Source of the DNA: Wolbachia endosymbiont of Dirofilaria (Dirofilaria) immitis
GTDB lineage: Bacteria > Pseudomonadota > Alphaproteobacteria > Rickettsiales > Anaplasmataceae
Direction of reading: 5' to 3'
Assembly: GCF_013365455.1 (NCBI RefSeq)
Contig: NZ_CP046578.1
Location: forward strand, 630,001-662,000
Length of the DNA stretch: 32,000 nucleotides
Shown: positions 20,864 through 30,251 of the stretch, piece by piece
Numbering within the stretch: position 1 is the first letter of the stretch
How the letters are laid out: each line of letters starts with the position of its first letter
Notes under the pieces: model-generated
The model's input: the letters and a program-made list of their open reading frames with translations, nothing else
What the model was told of the DNA's origin: nothing
The model's database searches: none
Program-made: the position numbers and the translations under genes

Positions 20864-22195
20864 GCAGTGCCCCCAAAAAATTTCAAAGTCATTATCCTAA
20901 ATGTAAAATAGTATAAAAGTGTTGAAAATTCAACTTAAAGCAACCTTATAGCTGAAACAAAAGTAAAATGCAACATCTTAGAAGTAACTTTTTTTAATAT
21001 ACTCTCAACATATAAGTTAATATTTTTACTTATTATTTTATATTATGATTCTATTGCTTGCCTCTGTAGAAGTAAAACTTTTCATGATAAAATAATAAAC
21101 AGAATAAAAAGCTCTTATTAAAGTACTTAATATTTATCAAAGCATTAAACAACTGCTGGTGGGTTTATAGCCAGTAAATAAAGCTACTTGATAAATTCAG
21201 ATATTTTATATAGACTTTACCCCTTACAAAATTAGTTTAATATTATAATACTAGTACAAGTTATACAAACTCCACCTCAGCTGATACCGGCAAATATAAG
21301 ATAGAAAAGTACTACAGTGAATTTGGGATCATTAAAGATGGTAAATTTACAAATACTTATAACCCAAAATGAAATCATCCTCTACTTGTTTAAGATAACT
21401 TATGGCAATAATAATCTAATATCATCCAACAGAGGATATAACACTAAAGTCAAGTTTATTCAAAGAGGGCCACAGCATTATCCCACTTTATTATAGTTAT
21501 TATAGTAGTGAAGAGTGCACTATTTTTTGCAAAAGATAGGGAAATACGTGGTGCTTTATTTATTAAAGGCTTTAATTGCACAACAACCAATGTAAACATA
21601 TTTTTATATTACCCCCCTGAGAACTTACATTCGGCAGTAGAAGAATTCATTGTACTTCTATAACTCATTTATAAATTCGTGGCTTAATCTCGCATAACAT
21701 CTTTAAACCTCATACTAAAGAATAAAGATCAGAAACTAAAGATTTAAAATAATCTCACAGGTTATAGTATAGAGGATCCATTGCTAAAATAGCTTCTCCG
21801 CTCAATAATTTAGTGGAACATATCTTTGATTAATCAAATTTCTCCAAAGAAGCAGAAAATAAACTTAAGAGTCTTATTAGATTGAGCAAGCAGGAGCTAA
21901 GTCATATAGAAGTTTCATGCTATAGAAGGCTAGATAATCAATATTAAAATGTTGATTATCTAATAATTCTCTAGGAATAACATAAAATTAAATTTTCATG
22001 CTCCATTAAGATAAAGCTCATTATTTACATCCGTTATACATATTATACATATTATATTCAGCATAAGTCAAAAAAAACTATACTATTTAACATCTCAAGT
22101 CAAACGGCACAGATTTCTTTAGCGAATTTAGAGTACTGAATGATAAACCCAGTTTAGATTGCCACCTACAAAAAATCTATAGCATTTTACTAATT

Positions 22196-22390
22196 CTAGA
22201 CATGTTGTGCATCACAACATCCTCTCAAAAATATGCATGTTGCCCTCACTACATAACTTGAATGTTCAAGATCATCATTTACATCCAAGTTTTTATAGAA
22301 CTCTCTTGCTACCTAAAAATCATAGTTACTAGTCAATATTTCATAACATATTTCCCAAGCATAATCATATGACTTTTCCGTTAATTTCAT
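22196..22390 (-). pseudogene. Possible decayed ORF remnant, function unknown
   Basis: Reads 'MKLTEKSYDYAWEICYEILTSNYDF*VAREFYKNLDVNDDLEHSSYVVRATCIFLRGCCDAQHV*' with one in-frame TAG at 22313-22315 and good codon-like composition. Confidence 0.35.
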
Positions 22391-22659
22391 TTAACTAGAA
22401 TACACCTAAAACAGATCATAGACTAGGGTAAATTGAGCCATAGATAACACCATCGAAACAGCCGCCTGTAATAATTTATCCAGTATTATATAAATAAAAA
22501 AGTGAAAGGTCACATATATTTCCATCAGTGCTTTTTTTTATTGCTTTTTTTGAACAAGAATCTAACACCCCCATTACCTATGAGCATAGGATACCCAATT
22601 TTCACTTCTAGTTCTCTATTCAAGCACTTTAATTTAACCAAATATATAAACCTTAGGAT

Positions 22660-22900
22660 TCACAGGCTCAATAACACTATAAATCTACTTAACACAGGGA
22701 GAGTTACATACCTTATATACTAAACCCCTTCTCTAGTAACATCCATATCTAAGCTTCTTTTTATCTTCCTTTACTGTTAAACTAAAAACACCAGCTGTAT
22801 TAAGTAATGCAAAAAGGATAGCAGTCACATAAACAGGAACACTACCTTTACACCTAATGAACAACTCTTCCTATCGGTCAGATAATAGCTCCATAAATTT
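22660..22900 (-). pseudogene. Possible decayed membrane-protein remnant (approximate coordinates)
   Basis: A single frame reads 'LLSDR*EELFIRCKGSVPVYVTAILFALLNTAGVFSLTVKEDKKKLRYGCY*RRGLVYKVCNSPCVK*IYSVIEPVNPKVYIFG*' with several stops; a hydrophobic TM-like stretch is retained. Confidence 0.3.
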
Positions 22901-23134
22901 CTATGTAAAGACATGTACCATTACAAACATGCTCAAGAACTTTAATAAAGGATCAAATAACCTAAATTTAATACTCACTCTATTCAACAAATTAAATTAA
23001 GTTTCAATGATGAAGCCATGCTTTAGCAATTTCCGCTAATTCCTCTAACTCAATTGACTAACTAACTTAACCACAAAAAAGCTGACACTTCTAAACTCTC
23101 TTCAGTATATTCTTCTATACACTTATAAAACTAT

Positions 23135-23857
23135 CTAGCATTGCATATTAACCTCTCTCTTTATCTTATATAAGTTAATCAAGTATAATGAATACAATAT
23201 CCATACAACCAAAAAAAATGTTGCATAAAACATAAACATTGCAACCAGCGGCAATAGTAGGGAACCTTCTATTGTTATTCCACCCCTTCTAAAAATACTT
23301 GTTGGCTGATGGAGAGTGGCCCACAAGTCTACAGAAAATTTCACTACAGGAATATTTATAGCACTAAAGATAGCAAATACTGCCGCCGATTTTTTAGCTC
23401 TTTCTTCATTATCAAAAATACCCCATAGGGAAAGGTACCCAACATATAGAAAAAATAAAATTAACATTGAAGTAAGCCTTGCGTCCCATACCCACCAAGT
23501 ACCCCAAGTTCCTTTTCCCCAGATGCTGCCTGTGATTAAACATATTGAAGAAAAGACTGTTCCTGCAGGAGCAGCAGCATGTGCTAAAACACTAGCAATA
23601 CTATTGTTCCACACCAAAGAAATAAAACTTAGGAATGCAATAAGTCCATATATCCCAAGAGAAAGCCATGCAGAAGGTACATGAAGATACATAATTCGCA
23701 CAATTTCTCCCTGTTTATAATCCTCTGGAGAGAAAATTAAAGCTAAAAACGTTCCAACTAAAAAACACGCAAAACACATAACTTCAAGCCAAGGCAAAAT
23801 TTTCTTAGAGAAATAAGAGAAATTTATGGGCTTTAATAAAAACATTTGTTTCCACAA
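23135..23857 (-). CDS. ccmC: Heme exporter protein CcmC
   Basis: 240 aa; WWD motif 'WGTWWVWDARLTSMLILFFLYVGYLSL', 'IMYLHVPSAWLSLGIY'. Confidence 0.96.
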   Translation of the reverse strand: MWKQMFLLKPINFSYFSKKILPWLEVMCFACFLVGTFLALIFSPEDYKQGEIVRIMYLHVPSAWLSLGIYGLIAFLSFISLVWNNSIASVLAHAAAPAGTVFSSICLITGSIWGKGTWGTWWVWDARLTSMLILFFLYVGYLSLWGIFDNEERAKKSAAVFAIFSAINIPVVKFSVDLWATLHQPTSIFRRGGITIEGSLLLPLVAMFMFYATFFLVVWILYSLYLINLYKIKREVNMQC

Positions 23858-24000
23858 TAATTATACTAAGAATTTATCAATTAGTTTAAGCTTTATCAAC
23901 AGATAGTTTCCCCTTATTTATATAAACTAATAAATCAACACAATTTTATTAGCAAGTTATTTAAATCTATACTATTATTTAATGTAATGCTATATAAACT

Positions 24001-24822
24001 ATGACTCTTAAAAAAAAGCTTAATCTATACCTAGTATCAGATTCAAGTGGTGAAACTGTTATATCAGTTGCAAAATCAGCTCTAAAGCACTTTCGTTCCG
24101 TAGAAACGATTGAATATGTTTGGTCTTTTGTGAAAGAAGAAGAACAAATCGATAAAATTTTAGAGGAAGTCAACAAGAAAAATGATGAATGCCACTTCGT
24201 TATATGTACTATCACTGATGATAAATTAAGAAAATACTTGAAAGATAATTGTATAAAGTTAGCTATTCCTTATAGAGCAATATTGTCACATATTATTAGA
24301 GAAATCTCCTCCTATCTTGAAATTGAAAAAGACGAAAAACTTAACTTACATACTGAGATAAATAATGAATATTTTCAGCGCATTGAAGTAATAAATTATA
24401 CTATTAATCATGATGATGGACAAAATATTCAAGACATCAATAAAGCAGACATAATCTTGATTGGAGTTTCACGTACATCAAAATCCCCTACTAGTATGTA
24501 TTTAGCTTATCGAGGCTACAGGGTTGCAAATATTCCTTTTGTTAATGAGGTACCTTTTCATGTTGACTTAACAAAATTAGAGAACAAGCTAACAATAGGA
24601 CTAACAATAGATGTAAGTAGGCTAGTGGAAATACGTAAAAACAGGCTTACTTCAATCAATAACAAAGATAATAATATATATGCTGACCCCAAAAAAGTAG
24701 AAAAGGAAATTCAAAAGGCAGAGAAACTTTTTAAACAAAATAATTGGCCAATTATTGATGTTACACAAAAGTCAATCGAAGAAGTATCAGCAACAATCAT
24801 ACAACATTTTAATAAAATGTGA
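24001..24822 (+). CDS. ppsR: Bifunctional kinase/pyrophosphorylase regulating pyruvate phosphate dikinase or PEP synthase (DUF299 family)
   Basis: 273 aa; '[20 protein letters not shown]', '[32 protein letters not shown]' (P-loop-like), C-terminal '[18 protein letters not shown]'. Confidence 0.93.
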   Translation: MTLKKKLNLYLVSDSSGETVISVAKSALKHFRSVETIEYVWSFVKEEEQIDKILEEVNKKNDECHFVICTITDDKLRKYLKDNCIKLAIPYRAILSHIIREISSYLEIEKDEKLNLHTEINNEYFQRIEVINYTINHDDGQNIQDINKADIILIGVSRTSKSPTSMYLAYRGYRVANIPFVNEVPFHVDLTKLENKLTIGLTIDVSRLVEIRKNRLTSINNKDNNIYADPKKVEKEIQKAEKLFKQNNWPIIDVTQKSIEEVSATIIQHFNKM

Positions 24823-24890
24823 GGATTTATCAATTGACTAATTTCTTGCAAGAATCCACAATATAAGGTATTTTAGTTCTTGCTATAGAT

Positions 24891-25019
24891 ATGAAGGTTA
24901 AAGGTTCACTAAAATCCTACCGCAGTAGGGATAAAAACTGTAAAGTTGTAAGAAGAGGTAGTAAAGTTTACATTATAAACAAAGTTAAGCCAAGATGTAA
25001 AGCTCGTCAAGGTTCTTAA
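24891..25019 (+). CDS. rpmJ: 50S ribosomal protein L36
   Basis: 42-aa ORF below the ORF-track cutoff: [42 protein letters not shown], matching the L36 family pattern. Confidence 0.95.
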   Translation: MKVKGSLKSYRSRDKNCKVVRRGSKVYIINKVKPRCKARQGS

Positions 25020-25457
25020 GTGCTCTGTTTTGAAATAAGGTAATAGGTTGCAATAACCATAGTGTAGTAACAGCTTGTGTAGAGCATGTTAAGGGTAGCT
25101 TTACTCACTTCTTCTCTTACACTATATTTTAGCATCAATATAATCACAGGTAAGTATGATCTATTAGCACTAATGAACTTTTAAAAAAAGAGATAAAATA
25201 CAATAAGCTTCTGCTCAAAATATTTTTCTTGAAAAGGAAAAATTGAGTAACAAAGTGCTTTTACCTCATGTGATAAAAAGCTTAGATTTAGATTATTCTT
25301 GTGAATAAATAAAAGATACTTTAGTTATACGACTTTAAAGAACTAATGAAAAGAACTAATGATCATGCTTGACACGGAATAGCAAAGAAGTCTTATCTTT
25401 AATAAAAGAAAAAAAGCTGCTATAATCCATAGCAAAACCATCATAAATAAAACAAAA

Positions 25458-26102
25458 GTGAGAGGCATCTTATTAGTACTTTTAATGCACTGTATGCTTG
25501 AGTTATCATTATTTGCTGCTGATCCTGTTCTACTTAACTGTATAAAAACACCAGAAATTTATAATCTTGACCCACGGCCAAGAAATTTTAACTTTTCAAA
25601 TAACTTGAGAAGAAAACCAGGTTCCTCAATTAGTGCAGCAGGAGAATTAATAAATATAGTAGGTAGAATTACTGATATAAACTGTCTACCAATACAAAAC
25701 GCTGTAGTTTCTATATGGCACGCAAACTCACATGGCACAAATCATTATGATGAAAATATAAAGGAAGATAAACTTGATCCGAATTTCGCTGAGTCAGGAA
25801 GATTTATAGTAAATAACCTTGGCTACTATAGTTTTATTACAATAGCACCAGGTAAAACTGGCGATAGAGCCCCACATATCAACTTCCTAGTTCAGCATCC
25901 AGATTTCCCAGAATTCACAACACAAATGTTTTTTGTTGACTACAATTGTAATAATTGTGTTGATTCTGTCCTCAGTGACCTTATTGATAGCGGACTTGCA
26001 AGTCTATTAATAGCACCATTTACTTATAATAATAAAGCTATTAAAACTTATAAATTTAACATTACTCTAGGTGGACATAGCAAGTTTTCTAGTAAGAAAT
26101 AA
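25458..26102 (+). CDS. Exported intradiol ring-cleavage dioxygenase-like protein (protocatechuate 3,4-dioxygenase beta-like), probably missing canonical Fe ligands
   Basis: 214 aa; N-terminal signal-like hydrophobic segment; 'NLRRKPGS...GRITDINCLPIQNAVVSIWHANSHGTNHYDEN...LDPNFAESGRFIVNNLGYYSFITIAPGKTGDRAPHINFLVQHPDFPEFTTQMFF'. Confidence 0.85.
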   Translation: MRGILLVLLMHCMLELSLFAADPVLLNCIKTPEIYNLDPRPRNFNFSNNLRRKPGSSISAAGELINIVGRITDINCLPIQNAVVSIWHANSHGTNHYDENIKEDKLDPNFAESGRFIVNNLGYYSFITIAPGKTGDRAPHINFLVQHPDFPEFTTQMFFVDYNCNNCVDSVLSDLIDSGLASLLIAPFTYNNKAIKTYKFNITLGGHSKFSSKK

Positions 26103-26142
26103 AACTTGTATTTTTTAGCCATTTTGGTAAATATTACCCTGG

Positions 26143-27621
26143 TTGAGTATGGAGCAAACAATGAAGATAATGATTTCTAGAATTCTACCTAATTTTAAAA
26201 CAATAGTTGTAGGTTTATTTGAAGATAACGAAGCCATAAGTAATTGTAAGATTTTACAAGAAAAGCGGATTGTAGACAACATAAAACAATTTAGTAATTT
26301 CAATGGAGGCTTTGGTGAGTTTTTCTCTATTACTTCATCAGAAGGAAAAAATATTATGGTTATTGGGCTTGGCAAAAGAGGTGAATGGGATGGAAATAAA
26401 GAATTAAATATTGGCGGCAAGGTATATTGTGAATTAAGCAAATTAAAAATTAAGCAAGCAGTGATTTCAATTGAAGGTAATGCAGCAAATATTGCATACG
26501 GTGCACTTTTACGTAGTTTTAAGTTTGATAAGTATAAAACTAAAAAGGATGAAAAAATTACAGAAGTAGAAGAGATCATAGTGCTAGTGAAAGATGAGCA
26601 ACTAAGCAGTGCTGAAAGATCATTTGAACGTTTAAGACAAGAAGGTGAAGGCATATTTCTTGCGCGTTCTTTGATCACTGAACCACCCAACGTTCTATAT
26701 CCAGAGTCTTATGCTGACCGTATAAAAGCAGAACTTACTAAATTTGATCTCGAGATCGAAGTGCTTGATAAAAAACAGATGGAAGAAAAAAAAATGAAAG
26801 CATTACTTGGAGTAGCACAAGGAAGTAGTAAAGAGCCAAAATTAGTAGTGATAAAATGGAATGGAGTTTCAGAACAAAAACCAATAGCTTTTGTGGGTAA
26901 GGGTATAACGTTTGATACTGGTGGAATATCACTCAAACCTTCGCGTGGTATGGAGTCAATGAAATACGATATGGCAGGTTCTGCTGCTGTGGTTGGAATA
27001 ATGCGTACTCTAGCTGGACGAAAAGCAAAAGTAAATGCAATTGGCATAGTCGCGCTTGCAGAAAATGCAGTGGGTAGTAACGCTCAAAGACCAAGCGATG
27101 TAGTCACTTCAATGTCTGGTCAGACAATAGAAGTATTAAACACTGACGCAGAAGGAAGGCTCATACTTGCAGATGCTTTATGGTATACACAAGATAGGTT
27201 TTCGCCAAAATTCATGATTGACCTTGCAACTTTAACTGGTGCTATAGTAGTCGCACTTGGAAACAATGAATATGCTGGTCTTTTTTCCAATAATGATGAA
27301 CTAGCAAACTATCTCATCAATGCAGGAAATGAAGTAAATGAAAAATTGTGGCGTTTTCCTATAAATGAGACTTACAATAAAATTATCGATTCACCAATTG
27401 CCGATATGCAAAATATAGCTCCTGCAGGTTCTGGTGGGGATAGTATAATGGCTGCACAGTTTTTACAGCGTTTTGTGAACAACACTTGCTGGGCACACCT
27501 AGACATTGCAGGAACTGCTTGGCATGAAAAAGGTACTGACATTTCTCCAAAAGGAGCAGTAGGCTTCGGCGTAAGATTGCTCAATAAATTAGTCGAGAAG
27601 TACTATGAGGCAAGTAACTAA
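26143..27621 (+). CDS. pepA: Leucyl aminopeptidase (cytosol aminopeptidase, M17)
   Basis: 492 aa; 'VGKGITFDTGGISLKPS', signature 'NTDAEGRLILADALWY', 'HLDIAGTAW'. Confidence 0.96.
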   Translation: MSMEQTMKIMISRILPNFKTIVVGLFEDNEAISNCKILQEKRIVDNIKQFSNFNGGFGEFFSITSSEGKNIMVIGLGKRGEWDGNKELNIGGKVYCELSKLKIKQAVISIEGNAANIAYGALLRSFKFDKYKTKKDEKITEVEEIIVLVKDEQLSSAERSFERLRQEGEGIFLARSLITEPPNVLYPESYADRIKAELTKFDLEIEVLDKKQMEEKKMKALLGVAQGSSKEPKLVVIKWNGVSEQKPIAFVGKGITFDTGGISLKPSRGMESMKYDMAGSAAVVGIMRTLAGRKAKVNAIGIVALAENAVGSNAQRPSDVVTSMSGQTIEVLNTDAEGRLILADALWYTQDRFSPKFMIDLATLTGAIVVALGNNEYAGLFSNNDELANYLINAGNEVNEKLWRFPINETYNKIIDSPIADMQNIAPAGSGGDSIMAAQFLQRFVNNTCWAHLDIAGTAWHEKGTDISPKGAVGFGVRLLNKLVEKYYEASN

Positions 27622-27724
27622 CACTTGAATACTAGAATTTAGAAAACTAAATTCTAGTATTTCTTATTCACTAGCACCATGCTTATAGAACAGCTATATA
27701 GCCAACCTTTCAAAATTCCTATAC

Positions 27725-29140
27725 CTAATTATTCATAGAGTTAAAGAAGTCAGCGTTACTTTTTGTTAAAAGTAGTTTATCACGCAAAAATTCCATTGCC
27801 TCAACAGATCCCATAGGATTAAGTATTCTACGCAGCACCCATATTTTATTTAATATAGCTCTATCAATTAACAGCTCTTCCTTTCTAGTTCCAGATTTTG
27901 TAATATCAACAGCTGGAAATATTCGCTTATCGGCAAGTTTTCTATCAAGAATAATTTCAGCATTACCTGTACCTTTAAACTCTTCAAAAATAACTTCATC
28001 CATTTTTGAACCAGTTTCTATAAGAGCAGTAGCAATAATTGTTAAAGAACCGCCATTTTCAATATTGCGAGCTGCTCCAAAAAAGCGCTTTGGTCTTTGC
28101 AGTGCGTTTGAGTCTACACCACCAGTTAGAACCTTACCGGATGAAGGAATGACTGCATTATAAGCACGTGCAAGGCGGGTTATAGAGTCGAGCAAAATTA
28201 CAACATCCTTTTTATGTTCAACCATTCTTTTAGCTTTTTCTATTACTATTTCAGCAAGTTGCACGTGTCGGTAAGCAGGTTCATCAAACGTAGAACTCAC
28301 TACCTCACCTTTTACAGAACGCATCATATCCGTTACTTCCTCAGGTCTTTCATCTATAAGTAAGACTATCAATTCTATTTCAGGATAATTTGTAGCTATA
28401 GAGTGAGCCATTTGCTGGAGTAATATCGTTTTTCCTGTACGAGGTGGAGCAACTATTAAAGCCCTTTGTCCTTTCCCAAGGGGAGCAACTATATCAACAG
28501 CACGCATATTTATATCTTTTTTATTATCTCCACTAATATTGTTTTCAAGAATCAAACTCTCTTCAGGATAAAGGGGAAGCAAATTATCAAAGTGGATGTA
28601 TTTTCTCAATTCATTTATCTCAGTAGAGTTTATGCTTTGAACTTTAGTTAAAGTAAAATACCTTTCCTTATCACCAGGTGGCCTTATCTCTCCGCATACC
28701 ACATCTCCGGTACGCAAGCTGAACTTTTTTATTTGTCCACTGGAAATATAAACATCGTCTGTGCTCGTAGCATAATTCGCACTCGCTGAACGTAAAAAGC
28801 CGAAACCATCAGGTAATATTTCTACTACCCCGCTTCCTGTAGTAACTCCTCCTTCTTCGCTCATTTTCTTCATTAAGCTGAATATCATCTCTTGCTTCAG
28901 CATTCTACCATTACTTTTACCATTAGCTGAAACTTTCCTTTCTTCAGCCAGACCCAATAGTTCTTCTGCTGTTTTTTTTCTCAGTTCACTCAGATCTAGC
29001 GTTTTTCTGCTCTCTTTTATACTTTCACTTGTTGTTTGCCTTACCATGTCATTATTGAGAATTTGCTCACCTTTTTTTACTGACTCTAGTTCAGTTACAA
29101 CCTTCTCCTTTACTAAAATATCTTCATTGATTATTACCAT
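27725..29140 (-). CDS. rho: Transcription termination factor Rho
   Basis: 471 aa; '[29 protein letters not shown]', '[14 protein letters not shown]', '[13 protein letters not shown]', '[23 protein letters not shown]'. Confidence 0.97.
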   Translation of the reverse strand: MVIINEDILVKEKVVTELESVKKGEQILNNDMVRQTTSESIKESRKTLDLSELRKKTAEELLGLAEERKVSANGKSNGRMLKQEMIFSLMKKMSEEGGVTTGSGVVEILPDGFGFLRSASANYATSTDDVYISSGQIKKFSLRTGDVVCGEIRPPGDKERYFTLTKVQSINSTEINELRKYIHFDNLLPLYPEESLILENNISGDNKKDINMRAVDIVAPLGKGQRALIVAPPRTGKTILLQQMAHSIATNYPEIELIVLLIDERPEEVTDMMRSVKGEVVSSTFDEPAYRHVQLAEIVIEKAKRMVEHKKDVVILLDSITRLARAYNAVIPSSGKVLTGGVDSNALQRPKRFFGAARNIENGGSLTIIATALIETGSKMDEVIFEEFKGTGNAEIILDRKLADKRIFPAVDITKSGTRKEELLIDRAILNKIWVLRRILNPMGSVEAMEFLRDKLLLTKSNADFFNSMNN

Positions 29141-29344
29141 AGCCCTCCAAAAATTTTAATTGATGCTTACTAACTTTAAATGCGATACAAGATAATAAAT
29201 TAGGCTTAGCCAGCCTTTAGGAAGTATTAAACTCAATTGCTATTAAGCTACATACTTTAGCTAGTATTATACTAATAAGCACTAACAAGTCAAGTTAATT
29301 TAATGTAACAAGATACAAAAATAAAATAAGCAACTTGAAGGGCT

Positions 29345-29956
29345 TCAATAATTTTCTTTTATGTTCTTTAACCTTTCTCTTCTCTCTTCTTTTACTTTTG
29401 CCTTTTCTATTTCTGCCTCTAAATCTTCTTGGCTACACAAGCCAAGAAGTACAGGATCTTGAGGTTTTATATTTTGCATATTATAATGAGATCCATTTTT
29501 CACCTGCTCTACCGTGTGACTTGTTGTACTGATCAACTTAGCTATAACATTATTATCTAAAATAGGAAATTTTTTTATTAAGTAATAAATCGCATCAGGT
29601 TTGTCTTTACGTCTTACTACAGAGGGAAGGCCAAAAATGTTACCGATTGATTTATTCCTCCTTTTTTTTAAGCTTTTTGCAATCAAACTTGGAATACGAT
29701 CCAGATTTTTTTTGCAGTCATCAATTTCTTTTTCAGTTATTATCCCAGAAATAACAGGATTAAATCTTCCAGCATCTATTTTTTCATCAGCTATATCCTG
29801 CACTTCTCCAAGAGTCAACTCACAACATTGAGCTATCTGGTTAAAAGTTAAAGCAGTATTATCCACTAACCAAGCAGCAATTTGCATGAGAAACTGTTTA
29901 TTTTTAGCATTATTGCCTTTAGAAAGTTCTGATGACATCAGGAAAACATCTACCAT
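29345..29956 (-). CDS. DUF1013 family protein (TrcR-like cell-cycle transcriptional regulator)
   Basis: 203 aa; 'LMQIAAWLVDNTALTFNQIAQCCELTLGEVQDIADE', 'ISGIITEKEIDDCKKN', 'QDPVLLGLCSQEDLEAEIEKA', typical of the alphaproteobacterial DUF1013 family. Confidence 0.87.
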   Translation of the reverse strand: MVDVFLMSSELSKGNNAKNKQFLMQIAAWLVDNTALTFNQIAQCCELTLGEVQDIADEKIDAGRFNPVISGIITEKEIDDCKKNLDRIPSLIAKSLKKRRNKSIGNIFGLPSVVRRKDKPDAIYYLIKKFPILDNNVIAKLISTTSHTVEQVKNGSHYNMQNIKPQDPVLLGLCSQEDLEAEIEKAKVKEERRERLKNIKENY

Positions 29957-30251
29957 TTAAAACATTCTTTGCTGTCATATAGAGCTAAAATATAAGCTAT
30001 TAAAATTAAAAAAGCATTAATTTTGTCACTTAACAACTTTTTCATTTGTAACTAGGCTTACTTTAAAGCAACCTAAAAAAGAATATCAACTCTCTCAAGT
30101 ATAATTGCTTGACTTAAATATATCCTTCTATTCAAGAAGGAATTGAATTTTAAATTTAATATATTATAATATCGTACGTAGTACTAATAAATCAATAAAT
30201 TTATAAAGACTAAATCCTCATACAACTAACACTAATTAATTTTTACCGTTT

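Noticed and set aside
22502-22723. 73-aa plus-strand ORF
   Set aside because: Overlaps a minus-strand remnant candidate and contains low-complexity hydrophobic sequence; no support as a gene.
26115-26690. 191-aa minus-strand ORF opposite pepA
   Set aside because: Entirely antisense to the conserved N-terminal half of pepA; long shadow ORFs are common opposite Lys/Glu-rich genes.
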